From Nitrospinales bacterium (GTDB taxonomy: Bacteria > Nitrospinota > Nitrospinia > Nitrospinales > VA-1), in contig CBDCWG010000012.1 of the NCBI GenBank assembly GCA_965223345.1, positions 2,528,001-2,592,000 of the forward strand: DNA of 64,000 nucleotides. Reading direction: 5' to 3'. Positions 49,129-58,595 of this stretch are shown piece after piece (position 1 is the first letter of the stretch; each line of letters begins with the position of its first letter). The notes under the pieces were generated by a model. That model did not search any database and had not been told where the DNA came from. It saw only the letters and a program-made list of their open reading frames with translations. Made by a program: the position numbers and the translations under genes.

Positions 49129-50766
49129 TCAGTAGGGAGGCAGGGTGGTCAGGCGCGTGTCCTCGACCGGGCCGCCGACCGTGAAATGGTACAGGCTCTG
49201 GAAGCGGTCGTCCCCGATGCCGAAGATTTCGTGCACCGGATCGTCGAAAAAGCAGCCGATGCCGGTGCTGCGGATGCCGCTGACCTCCGCCTGCAGGTAG
49301 AGGACCTGCCCGATGGCGCCGCATTCCCAGTACAGGCGCGGATAAAACCACGGGCCGTATCGTTTCAGCGGCTGCGAAAAAGCAGAGAGCATCCCCAGGC
49401 TGAAACAGCCGTCCGCCGCAATCGCCTGGCCACACGACACCGACGCGGCGCGGTTGCGGAAATCCCCCAGCGCAAGGAAGTACAGATCCAGATCGTCGGG
49501 GCAGCCGGGCGGTTTCTCCCACAAAAAGTCGGGCTTGCAGCTGGAACGCAATTCCTGCACGTGGGTTTGATTGCGGACGAGACAATACAGCCCCTCGGGC
49601 AGGTCGTCCACCCGGTGCACGAACAGCCCTAGGTGCACCTGCGGCTGCCAGGGAACCGCCTGAAAGGGCAGGGGGCAGAGCGCGGGCACCGTTTTGATCA
49701 TGAACTGCAGGAAGGTGTCGCGCGGGATGCGGGTGCGGCCGTCCATGGCGACGGCGCTGCGCCGCTGGTGGATGGCTTTGCGCAGGGGAAACGCATCCTG
49801 CGCGAGCAGGGAAGCGCTGCCGGTGGGCGGAGCAGGCGGAGTTTCCGCTGCCGGTGGTTTCATCGCGGCTTCGGACACCTCGCCGATGGCGCTCCATTCG
49901 ACGTGCGAAGGGCTGAGCGTGTTCGGCGTCCCCAGCCATTCCAGATCTTCAAACTCCCTCACTGCCTCCGCAACATCCATAGCGGGTGGTTTGGTGATCG
50001 ATTCGGGTGAGACGGCGAGGAGGCAGTCGGGCACCTCCACTTCGGTGGCGCTTTTTTCGGTCAGGCCGAGCAGCGACTCCAGCGTTTTGCCATCCAGCGC
50101 ATCCAGCAGGGTGGCGTTCCAGCCGAGTCCCGCACAGGCGAGGCCGATCGCGCCCAGCGCGTGGCCCAGGTCGTGGTGGCAGTAGCGGTAGGCGCGCAGG
50201 CCGTATTTCCAGGCTTCGCGCCAGTAGATCGAGCTGAGACCCATAAACAGCGTCTGCGGCGGAAAGCCCGCGCTCAGTTTTTCCCAGGATGACTCGGGCA
50301 GCTGGGCGCGGATCTCCAGCGCGTGCACCGCCGGCGCGTAATGATACACGGCGGCTGTGGCGGAAAGCCCCTGCAAGGGGCCCGCGATCAGGTAGCCTTC
50401 GGTGGGGTGCAGGTTGCCGCTGGAAGGGTTGACCCTCAGCGCCCACTGCGATCCCTGAAAGCTCTTCCAGGCGGAGAGCGCCAGGCAGTCGAAAAAAAGC
50501 TGCGACAGGGAAGCGATGTCGAATGGCGCTTTGGCGGAGCGTGCAGGATCGAGCGCTTCTGAAAAGAAAGGCCCTTCCTCAGCGGGCGGGATTTTCTGCA
50601 GCGTGACGATGGGCGCGCCGGCGTAGCGGCGGAACGGGTCCGGCTGCGAGGCCCAGTCCAGGTAGCCCGGTCCCGGCGCGAACCCCCGGCAGCCGTGCTT
50701 GGACACGCGGTGGTACTGCAGGACGGTTTCCAGGTCGCTTTCGGTTTTTGGGGATTGCGTCGTCAT
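49129..50766 (-). CDS. SagB/ThcOx-like FMN nitroreductase-family protein (two domains)
   Basis: LDWASQPDPFRRY, LRVNPSSGNLHPTE, REAWKYG.RAYRYC, RRSA, TGIGCFFDD. Confidence 0.88.
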   Translation of the reverse strand: MTTQSPKTESDLETVLQYHRVSKHGCRGFAPGPGYLDWASQPDPFRRYAGAPIVTLQKIPPAEEGPFFSEALDPARSAKAPFDIASLSQLFFDCLALSAWKSFQGSQWALRVNPSSGNLHPTEGYLIAGPLQGLSATAAVYHYAPAVHALEIRAQLPESSWEKLSAGFPPQTLFMGLSSIYWREAWKYGLRAYRYCHHDLGHALGAIGLACAGLGWNATLLDALDGKTLESLLGLTEKSATEVEVPDCLLAVSPESITKPPAMDVAEAVREFEDLEWLGTPNTLSPSHVEWSAIGEVSEAAMKPPAAETPPAPPTGSASLLAQDAFPLRKAIHQRRSAVAMDGRTRIPRDTFLQFMIKTVPALCPLPFQAVPWQPQVHLGLFVHRVDDLPEGLYCLVRNQTHVQELRSSCKPDFLWEKPPGCPDDLDLYFLALGDFRNRAASVSCGQAIAADGCFSLGMLSAFSQPLKRYGPWFYPRLYWECGAIGQVLYLQAEVSGIRSTGIGCFFDDPVHEIFGIGDDRFQSLYHFTVGGPVEDTRLTTLPPY

Positions 50767-50860
50767 GCAGCTGCATTGTAAACCAGGATGGGGCGATTGG
50801 GGGCGATCCGGAAAGCAAAAATGCGGTACAGTGCGGGAGTTTGCAACAGAAAGGACTCAT

Positions 50861-51526
50861 ATGCGCAAAGCGGTCATTGCGGCACTCATTCTGGCGGTGC
50901 TGATCGGCGTGCTGTTCTGGGGCACGCCGGTGACGCGGGTGGGCTCCGGGTTTCTGGCTGGTGACGGCCGCATCGTGCTCACGCAGCGCGATCTGGTGCA
51001 GGATGCCGCAGAGATTCGCGTGAAGTTTCCCAACGAAGACGACATCGCGGCGCAACGCATCGACAGGGGCGACACGGGCCCGGTGGCGATTCTGAAACTG
51101 CAGGAAGCGCCGAAAGTGAAACGGCGGCCGCTCACGATCCAGGCGCAACAACCGGATGAGGACTACGTGTTCACGCTGGGATATCCCTGGACCAACACAC
51201 AGGAAGACAGGCACAGGTTGCTGGAAGGCGCTCTGGTTTCGCGGGTGGAGGACGACTCGGGATTGTGGAGCGTGCGTCTGGAGCTGGACCCGGTGCACAG
51301 CGGCGGTCCGCTGTTCAATTCAAAACGGGAAGTGGTGGGGATGGTGCTGGCGATGCAGGGGGCCGAGGCTGCCGGAACGCACAGGGCGGTTCCGGCAGCG
51401 GTGCTGATCGATGTGTTGCGCAGAAACGGTGTCTCCGTGGCCGATCCGCCTGCCGCAAAGGACGCTTCATTGCAGGAATTCATCGAGGCGGTGAGAAACA
51501 ACGTCGTCCTGATCGAGGCCCAGTGA
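50861..51526 (+). CDS. Trypsin-like peptidase domain protein, probably inactive
   Basis: GSGF, LGYP, SGGPLFN..EVVG; His site reads LTQRDL. Confidence 0.75.
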   Translation: MRKAVIAALILAVLIGVLFWGTPVTRVGSGFLAGDGRIVLTQRDLVQDAAEIRVKFPNEDDIAAQRIDRGDTGPVAILKLQEAPKVKRRPLTIQAQQPDEDYVFTLGYPWTNTQEDRHRLLEGALVSRVEDDSGLWSVRLELDPVHSGGPLFNSKREVVGMVLAMQGAEAAGTHRAVPAAVLIDVLRRNGVSVADPPAAKDASLQEFIEAVRNNVVLIEAQ

Positions 51527-51574
51527 GCCTGCATAACGAAGAAGACCGAATGATCAGGAACGGGTCGAGGGCGG

Positions 51575-52090
51575 TCACTCCATACTCTGGATCTTCTCCA
51601 TCACGTATTTGCCCGTATCCCGCAAAAAGCGGTCCATGCGCTGTTTCCCCTCCGGCGTCAGGTGGATCATTTTGCAGCGGCTGTCCAGGGGCTTTCCGGT
51701 CCGACGGTTGAAACCGCCTTTGCGGATCTCCAGCAGGCCGGTGTCCACGCCGTCCTTTTCCACGATTTTGGTGGTGGTCTGTTTTTCCAGGTTGCCCTGC
51801 ACGATTTCCGGGACGTCCTTCAGGGGCAGCGGTTGGCCGGTGTGGTAGAGGTGAAAGCAGAGATCCCGGATCTGCGGCCGGATCGCGCGCGGAGCGTCAC
51901 CGGACTCGATGTCGTCGGGATCGAAGAACATCGCCCGGACCCATTTTTTTTCGATGTCCTTTTCCATGTTGCAGAACAGGACGCCCACGCGGGTTTCCTG
52001 TTCCTCTGCGGGGGGTGCGGGTTGGGGCGCTTCAGGTTGTTTGATTTCTCCGAGTATGGGGTCGGGTTCTTTATTTCGATTCCAGAACAC
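51575..52090 (-). CDS. Hypothetical protein with MarR-like winged-helix C-terminus
   Basis: GGAGG before GTG 52090; DSRCKMIHLTPEG wing motif. Confidence 0.65.
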   Translation of the reverse strand: MFWNRNKEPDPILGEIKQPEAPQPAPPAEEQETRVGVLFCNMEKDIEKKWVRAMFFDPDDIESGDAPRAIRPQIRDLCFHLYHTGQPLPLKDVPEIVQGNLEKQTTTKIVEKDGVDTGLLEIRKGGFNRRTGKPLDSRCKMIHLTPEGKQRMDRFLRDTGKYVMEKIQSME

Positions 52091-52149
52091 GGTAGTGCCT
52101 CCCAAAACGATTGGTTTTCCTCAACTTGTATTACTACAACTACAGTGTA

Positions 52150-52178
52150 AGTGTATTGTATATTTCCAAGGAAAGCAA
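52150..52178 (-). promoter_or_regulatory. Sigma70 promoter for the winged-helix gene
   Basis: Minus strand TTGCTT-17 nt-TACACT. Confidence 0.6.
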
Positions 52179-52490
52179 TAAAAAATATCGTTAATGTAAT
52201 ATTAATTCGACATTTTTAAATGACTCTGGCAGGGCGGGAAGACAGCGCGGTCTTGTTGCGGTTTGCAGGGACCGGATTTTCAATCATCAGGCAGCGCTCC
52301 GGCCGAAAGCGCGGGACGCAGGGGAGGGAAAACCCGCTTGTTTCCCCGCGTTATCACTGATTTGTCACAATGTCATTCGGGGTATTGATCCGGGCCGCGT
52401 TTTCTATACAATGTGCCTGCTCTGAAGGGCTTTGTTTTCATTCGTGGTAGCCACGATCAAACCGGATCGCGTTCTGGGTGTCCCTCTGCT

Positions 52491-53018
52491 ATGAAACAGA
52501 AACCGCCTCCCATTAAAGCCGTCGTCGAACGAGTCGATGCGTATGTTCCCGGAGCGTCCATCGACAAGCAGCAGATGGACGTGATCCACGATATCTACGA
52601 GAACTGGAGGGATTTTTATGCCGGCATCCACGACCACTCGCTGCGGATTCTCGCGGGACCGGCTTTTCTGCAAAAGCACTGTCAGAAGTACGCGTGGAAC
52701 TATTGCTGGAAGTGGCTGTCGCTGCTGGCGATAGCCATCGGTCTGCTGCTTTTGTTCTTCGATGTGATCGGAGGGCTGCTGATTTTGATCCTCGCTCTCA
52801 TAGCGTTGCGGTTCCTCGAAGGCGTCCGGCAGGATAAAATCCAGACTTTCACGCAACGGATCCGAACGGCGGTCGGCAAAGGCAGCCAGCTGGAAGGGAT
52901 GGTCGTTCTGATCGCGAACTACTTGTCCGGTACGATTCATTTCGGTTCGAATCGAGGCAAAGCGGGCTGGCCTCAATGTCCTTCCCGTCTCCTGACGGGC
53001 AAAAAGCGTTTCTCCTGA
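52491..53018 (+). CDS. Hypothetical membrane protein
   Basis: Central hydrophobic hairpin; start uncertain. Confidence 0.65.
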   Translation: MKQKPPPIKAVVERVDAYVPGASIDKQQMDVIHDIYENWRDFYAGIHDHSLRILAGPAFLQKHCQKYAWNYCWKWLSLLAIAIGLLLLFFDVIGGLLILILALIALRFLEGVRQDKIQTFTQRIRTAVGKGSQLEGMVVLIANYLSGTIHFGSNRGKAGWPQCPSRLLTGKKRFS

Positions 53019-53129
53019 TTCCGTTTATCCCTCCTCAGTTTCCCCGGTTTCGCCTGAGTGCTGCGTTCCTCACATCACATCGCTTGATTTCCGGCAATCC
53101 CTTTTCCAGTTCATCGTTGTGTCGTGGCT

Positions 53130-53501
53130 TCAAATATTCGTCTCCTGCATGAAATAGGGGATGGCGAGGCTCAGGCCGCGCTTGGAGCAGGAAATCCGGC
53201 CGGGAATGCTGGAGTCGCACTGGGCAGGCGGAAACACGACGTATTCCATGCTGGTGCCGTTCACGGTGACCGTCTCGTCGTTGAATTTGGTGCAGGTGGT
53301 TTTGTAAAGGCGCTTGCCGCTTTTTTCTGAATCCGCGCTGGAGGTCTTGCAGGAGCTGCGGTCGAAGAACACGAAGCGGTCCGGCTGCGACGCGGCGACG
53401 GTGGTTTCTTCCTTGCTGTCCTGGGTTTCGCCGTTGCCGATCATGAAGGATGCGGCGACGAACACGGCTGCGAGGGCGAGCATTTCGAGGGTCGTTTTCA
53501 T
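53130..53501 (-). CDS. Hypothetical exported protein (4 Cys)
   Basis: AAGGA RBS, hydrophobic N-terminus. Confidence 0.65.
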   Translation of the reverse strand: MKTTLEMLALAAVFVAASFMIGNGETQDSKEETTVAASQPDRFVFFDRSSCKTSSADSEKSGKRLYKTTCTKFNDETVTVNGTSMEYVVFPPAQCDSSIPGRISCSKRGLSLAIPYFMQETNI

Positions 53502-53921
53502 GGTGGGTTTCCTTTCTTTTTGGAGTTTTGCAATCGCCTGATGCCCTCTGTCTGTTGCACAGGCTTTGCCAAAACCCGCCTCGAATGATGAAAAAATCCT
53601 TTGAAATTGCATTATTAGCCGGTCAGCCGCGCGGGCTTTTATAAAACAAGGGTCCCCTGCAGAAAAAAAATCAGCGGCGCAGCGTCCCAAACACGGGCTC
53701 CAGCGGCCGGGGCCGGGCATGGTGCGGTTGCCGATGCGAAACCATGCATGGTGTCATGCATGGAACCGTGCATGGTGTTGTGTCCGGACTGCGCACTGAC
53801 GCTTGCAAATCAACGAGAAGGCCCTTTGGTCTGAAACTTGCGATATCCGGCGCAGACCCAATACCCCCATTGGGAATTCAGTTTGTTTATTTCAACCACT
53901 TTGATGTTAAGGAGACCCAAA

Positions 53922-54299
53922 ATGAAAAAAATGACGTTCCTGGGTGGGTTGGGTATGGTCCTGGCGTTCTCGTTGATCCTGACGGGAAACAGCCAGGCAT
54001 GGGAAGGGCCCCATGACCCGACTTCACCGCCAAATTACGGATTTCCCAAGCCCAAGCCTCCCTGCGGGGACAAGATGTGGATCGCGATTTATCCCAAACC
54101 CTGTGTCGATGAGCCGCAGGTTCCGCATCGTCCGGTGCAGGACTGGGAGAGCTACTGCAAGGGGAAGGCGTTCATTCCTGAGAGCAACCATCCCTGTCTG
54201 ACCTGGAACCGCCCCCGCCCGCCGCGGGAAAATCCCTGGGGCTGGACGAAGCCTCCGGTCTGGCGGCCGCATCACCGGGGAGAGGTGGCGCCGCGCTGA
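53922..54299 (+). CDS. Secreted Pro/Trp/Cys-rich small protein
   Basis: AAGGAG RBS, MKKMTF...SQA signal peptide. Confidence 0.72.
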   Translation: MKKMTFLGGLGMVLAFSLILTGNSQAWEGPHDPTSPPNYGFPKPKPPCGDKMWIAIYPKPCVDEPQVPHRPVQDWESYCKGKAFIPESNHPCLTWNRPRPPRENPWGWTKPPVWRPHHRGEVAPR

Positions 54300-54646
54300 A
54301 CGCGCTGCCAACCTTGCAGTGAGTTTCAAACGGGAGATTTGCAGAGCCGATGTCAGGGGGCGCCTGGCGTTTTCGCTTGTTTTCTCCTTTCTCGAATGCG
54401 ACCGGGTTCTTTCGGTCTCAAGACCGATGGGGCCGGTTGCCATTCGGGTTTTTTCCTGAATTCCCATCTCGCATCCGTCCGCCGGATTGCCACGCATTGA
54501 AAAACGGATTGCAACGGTGGATGGATGCTCCGGCACCCCAACGCTTTTGGGCTGCTTTTTGCGGGAAATTTATCTGGACATCCGATCCCGGTTATTCCTA
54601 TAATGAGAGTAATTATCAATAAGGACTTCCCCCAGGGTTCCCGTTC

Positions 54647-54925
54647 ATGGACGCGCGCGTTGTCGAGACCGATGAAATCATCTGCCAGTGTTATCAGGTG
54701 AACGAATCGACCATCCGCGGCTGCATCGCAGACGGGAACCTGCAAACCATCGAAGAGGTCACCGATGCCTGCGAAGCGGGCGGTGGCTGCCACTCTTGCC
54801 ACATCCTGATCGAGCTTTTCCTCGACGAGCACAAACAGAAGCACACGCCGGTGGAGTCTCTGGTCGCGGCGCACGGCAAGAAGGTGAAAAAGCAGGGCAT
54901 TTTCCAGCGGCTGTTCCGCAAATGA
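54647..54925 (+). CDS. BFD-like [2Fe-2S] binding protein
   Basis: ICQCYQV...AGGGCHSC. Confidence 0.9.
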   Translation: MDARVVETDEIICQCYQVNESTIRGCIADGNLQTIEEVTDACEAGGGCHSCHILIELFLDEHKQKHTPVESLVAAHGKKVKKQGIFQRLFRK

Positions 54926-55088
54926 ATTGAAGCGTTCGCGCCTGTCGCCGCACCCGTTCTGGCGGCGCTTTTTGCACACCCCCCTCACACCGCCATCGGC
55001 TAATTTGCTTGCATCTTCATAGGGTTTTAACTATGGTTGGTGCTCCATCTGAAACGGTCACCCACACGCACGGGAGGAATCGGGTTAC

Positions 55089-55637
55089 ATGAAAAGTCAG
55101 GATTGCATTTTGTTCAGCGGCGGCGTCAAGGGAGCGGAGTCGGAATTCGGCCGTCAGGCGGAAGCGGCGGGCGTGCAGGAGGTCAATTTCACCTTCGACG
55201 GCCACAAAACGGAGCGAACCCGCGGCATCCGCTATCTGACCTCGGAGGAACTGCTCAAGGGCGATGTCAGCCTGGCCTACGTTTCCAAGATCATGAACCG
55301 CTCCTACAGTGCGGGACCGTTGTTTCGCAAGGTGCTGCAAAGCATCTGGCATCAGATCAACAGCGCCGAGGAAGTGTTCGTGATCGGCAAGATCCTCGAG
55401 GACAACACGGTGAAGGGCGGCACCGGCTGGGGCGCCGAGTTCGCCAAGCTGTGCAACAAGCCGCTGTACGTGTTCGATCAGGAGCAGGGCGGCTGGTTTC
55501 ACTGGAAAGACGATCAGTGGAATCCCATCCCTTCCGCAAAAATTCAAAAAGTGCATTTTGCCGGAACCGGAACGCGCTTCCTCAACGAAAGCGGCAAAGC
55601 CGCGATCCGGGACCTGTTTCAATCCTCCTTCGACTGA
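55089..55637 (+). CDS. Hypothetical protein, SLOG-like fold
   Basis: GGAGG RBS; FSGGVKGAE, KGGTGWG, KPLYVFDQ, FAGTGTR. Confidence 0.7.
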   Translation: MKSQDCILFSGGVKGAESEFGRQAEAAGVQEVNFTFDGHKTERTRGIRYLTSEELLKGDVSLAYVSKIMNRSYSAGPLFRKVLQSIWHQINSAEEVFVIGKILEDNTVKGGTGWGAEFAKLCNKPLYVFDQEQGGWFHWKDDQWNPIPSAKIQKVHFAGTGTRFLNESGKAAIRDLFQSSFD

Positions 55638-55638
55638 C

Positions 55639-56838
55639 ATGAAGCCCCGCCACAGCCGGGCCGTTTATTTCGACTGCTTCTCGGGAATCAGCGGCGACAT
55701 GATCCTGGGGGCGCTGGTGGACCTCGGCGCGGACCTGGGGAAAATCCGCAAGGGGCTGGCCACGCTTGATCTCACCGGCTACACGATCCGCTCCCGCAGC
55801 GTGAAAAAACACGGCATCAGCGGCACCAAGGTTGAGGTGGGGGTGAAACCCGTCAAGGGCAAGCGTTCACCCGCCCGCAAACTCAAAGACATCCAGAAAA
55901 TCATCGAGGCGTCCAAACTGCCGGCCGCTGTGCGCAAAAACGCCGTCGCGATTTTTCAGCGCCTGGGGCGGGCGGAAGCCAAAGTGCACCGCACGGCGAT
56001 CGACAAGATTCACTTTCACGAAGTGGGGGCGGTCGATTCCATCGTCGATATCGTGGGCGGGGTGTATGCGATGGAACTGTTGAACGTGGAGCGGGTGTTT
56101 GCCTCGCCGCTCAACGTCGGCGAGGGGTTTGTGGAATGCGAGCACGGCACGCTGCCGGTTCCCGCGCCGGCGACGCTGGAGCTGTTGCACGGCGTGCCCT
56201 GCTTTTCTTCCGGTGTGCGCAAGGAGCTGACGACGCCCACCGGCGCCGCCATGATCGGTCACTGGGCGGAAGGATTCCAGCCGCTGCCGCAGATGGCGAT
56301 CCTGAAAACCGGTTACGGCGCCGGCGACCACGACGTGCCGCAGACGCCCAACCTGCTGCGTGCGGTGCTGGGAGAGATGCCCGCAAAGAGCAGGGCCGGT
56401 ACGGTGCAGGTGGTGGAAACCAACATCGACGACATGAACCCGGAATTCTACGACCACGCGATGGACAGTCTGTTCAAAGCCGGGGCGCTGGATGTGTGGC
56501 TCGAACCCATCGTGATGAAAAAGAGCCGGCCGGCGGTGAAGCTTTCGGCTCTCGTACCGGAGAAAAAACGCGAAGCGGTGATCCAGGTGCTGCTTGCGGA
56601 AACCTCGACCTTCGGGGTGCGATTTTTCCCGGCTGAGCGCACGACGCTCGCGCGCACGATCGAAACCGTGAAAACCCCGCACGGGCCGGTGAGGGTGAAA
56701 GTGGGAACTCTCGGCGATGCGGTGCGTAAAATCGTGCCGGAATACGAGGACTGCAAAAAGATCGCGCGCAAAGAAAAACGGCCGGTGCAGGCCGTGTATC
56801 AGGAAATTCTCAAAATTGCAGCGGACAAACTGGACTAA
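55639..56838 (+). CDS. larC: Nickel-pincer cofactor nickel-insertion protein
   Basis: FDCFSGISGDMILGAL, HFHEVGAVDSIVD, PVPAPAT, ELTTPTGAA, ETNIDD, MKKSRP, PEYED. Confidence 0.95.
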   Translation: MKPRHSRAVYFDCFSGISGDMILGALVDLGADLGKIRKGLATLDLTGYTIRSRSVKKHGISGTKVEVGVKPVKGKRSPARKLKDIQKIIEASKLPAAVRKNAVAIFQRLGRAEAKVHRTAIDKIHFHEVGAVDSIVDIVGGVYAMELLNVERVFASPLNVGEGFVECEHGTLPVPAPATLELLHGVPCFSSGVRKELTTPTGAAMIGHWAEGFQPLPQMAILKTGYGAGDHDVPQTPNLLRAVLGEMPAKSRAGTVQVVETNIDDMNPEFYDHAMDSLFKAGALDVWLEPIVMKKSRPAVKLSALVPEKKREAVIQVLLAETSTFGVRFFPAERTTLARTIETVKTPHGPVRVKVGTLGDAVRKIVPEYEDCKKIARKEKRPVQAVYQEILKIAADKLD

Positions 56839-56886
56839 TGGCCAGCGTGTGTCAGCCAATCAATAGAAAATAGAACGAGGCGTATC

Positions 56887-57486
56887 ATGAAAATCATACT
56901 GGTGGGCGCAAGCGGAACGATCGGTCAGGCTGTGGCGAAGCAACTGTCTGTAAGGCACGAGGTCGTTGCTGTAGGAAGGACCAGTGGAGATCACAAGGTG
57001 GACATCACATCCCGTGATTCGATCCACAGCATGTTCAAGGAGATCGGATTGTTTGATGCCCTGGTCTGCACAGCCGGGGATGTTCATTTTGGGCCCCTTG
57101 ACAAGCTGACCGAGGAGGATTGCATGGTAGGCATCAAAAGCAAACTGCTGGGGCAGGTGAATCTGGTGCTGCTCGGAATGGATTTTATCGCGGATCACGG
57201 CTCCTTCACATTGACATCGGGCGTGCTCAGCGAGGACCCCATTCCCTATGGTGCTTCCGCTTCCATGGTCAACGCTGCGCTGGAAGGCTTTGTTTTGGGA
57301 GCTTCCATCGAGATGCAGCGGGGCATCCGCATTAATGCGGTCAGCCCGAATGTGCTTGAGGAATCCATGGATAAGATCGGAGATTTCTTCCGCGGGCATG
57401 TGCCCGTCCCTGCGGACCGGGCCGCTCTGGCTTACAGCAAAAGCGTCGAAGGACTTTTGACTGGTAAAGTGATTCGGGCGCATTGA
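56887..57486 (+). CDS. Short-chain dehydrogenase
   Basis: VGASGTIG, KLLGQV, TLTSG, RINAVSP. Confidence 0.9.
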   Translation: MKIILVGASGTIGQAVAKQLSVRHEVVAVGRTSGDHKVDITSRDSIHSMFKEIGLFDALVCTAGDVHFGPLDKLTEEDCMVGIKSKLLGQVNLVLLGMDFIADHGSFTLTSGVLSEDPIPYGASASMVNAALEGFVLGASIEMQRGIRINAVSPNVLEESMDKIGDFFRGHVPVPADRAALAYSKSVEGLLTGKVIRAH

Positions 57487-57725
57487 GGCCAGCACCTTCG
57501 TCTCCCTTTATACCTTTCAATGCAACCTTAGAGAGAAAGCGGCGGTGACGCGGCGAAAATGAGGGTGCGCCGGTCGCGGCACGTCTTAAGAGCAAAAAGA
57601 TAGGCAGGAGTGGAACCCGGCGTTGCCGGACGTCGTCTTGGTTCTAACTTCTACTGCAACCTGCTAATCGTATTTTCTCACCACGCATTCTGATTCGTTA
57701 ACCTCCCTGTAATACATCGATGGAC

Positions 57726-57776
57726 ATGAAAATCATCTTTTAGTTGATTTTCATTCTGCAGACCCTGAGTTATAGT
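57726..57776 (+). promoter_or_regulatory. Operator-like inverted repeat with -10 box
   Basis: ATGAAAATCA-N9-TGATTTTCAT (57726-57754); TATAGT at 57771-57776. Confidence 0.5.
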
Positions 57777-57789
57777 TCTTTCAAAACGG

Positions 57790-57965
57790 GTATTCTGCAA
57801 ACGCTGACTCCGTTTTTCCCTTCCCGGAATGAAGCATTATGGAGAAGGGTTGAGTTCGTTGATATCGGCGTGTTGGGGGGATCCGAGGGCCGGGATCAGA
57901 TGATTCAACCCTTCTCCAGTCTTTTTCTGCTTTACCTTTTGCGCGTTGTCTTTTGCAGAGCTTTC
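57790..57965 (+). ncRNA. Candidate structured RNA
   Basis: 14-bp perfect stem 57840-57853/57905-57918 with inner and outer stems; G-U pairs favour the plus strand. Confidence 0.4.
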
Positions 57966-57981
57966 CTTCCTGAGCGTTCTC

Positions 57982-58209
57982 TCATTTCTTCATCTTTGCC
58001 GCCGCCGGAGCGCCGTATTCCGTCGTGAATTCCTTGAAGACCGCATCCAGTTCTTTGGATTTGGTGATGCGGTCGAGATTCTCCAGAAGAATCGTCAGGC
58101 AGTACTTATTGCCGAAATGATATTTCGCGTTCAACGCCCTCAGGTTTTTGTACGCCGCTTCGGAAAGCGCGGCGTTGAAGCGTTTGGGAAGCGGGTAGCC
58201 TTTCGTCAT
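57982..58209 (-). CDS. Small hypothetical protein, possibly ribbon-helix-helix
   Basis: KRFNAALSEAAYKNLRAL strand-helix pattern, 75 aa. Confidence 0.65.
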   Translation of the reverse strand: MTKGYPLPKRFNAALSEAAYKNLRALNAKYHFGNKYCLTILLENLDRITKSKELDAVFKEFTTEYGAPAAAKMKK

Positions 58210-58303
58210 GCTGATTGCGGGAAACAGGGTGGGGGGACGCATCGGGGAATCCGGTATCGCAGCGGGCCGTGATGGGCGTGCGCCGCATCATGTGGGTGCG
58301 CGA

Positions 58304-58579
58304 TCACAGCCCGTGCTTTTTCAGCTCTTCCTCGTAATGCCTCTGGTACAGCACTTCCCATTCGGGCGTGCCTTCGCGCAGATTTTTGGAATAGGAGTTG
58401 AGGGTCTTGCGGGCCTCGTCGTCGGCCTTGTCGTCGATCTTCAGAATATCCGTCATCACGCGGGTGATTTCCAGGCGGATGTCGTTGAGGTCTTCCTTGT
58501 AATCCAGTTCTTCCCGTTTTTCGAAATCCTTGACGATCAGGCTGCTGATGTGATTGATCTTTTCCCGGCTGATTTTCAT
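58304..58579 (-). CDS. DUF507-family protein
   Basis: MKISREKINHIS..., IDDKADDEARK; paired with paralog. Confidence 0.8.
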   Translation of the reverse strand: MKISREKINHISSLIVKDFEKREELDYKEDLNDIRLEITRVMTDILKIDDKADDEARKTLNSYSKNLREGTPEWEVLYQRHYEEELKKHGL

Positions 58580-58595
58580 GGCAGTGGAATTCCGC

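Noticed and set aside
49129..50766. Thiazole/oxazole RiPP cluster
   Set aside because: No YcaO, no Cys/Ser-rich precursor and no transporter nearby
57595..57625. Possible attR/tRNA 3' remnant (GGCAGGAGTGGAACCC)
   Set aside because: Poor match to either tRNA and no paired T-arm
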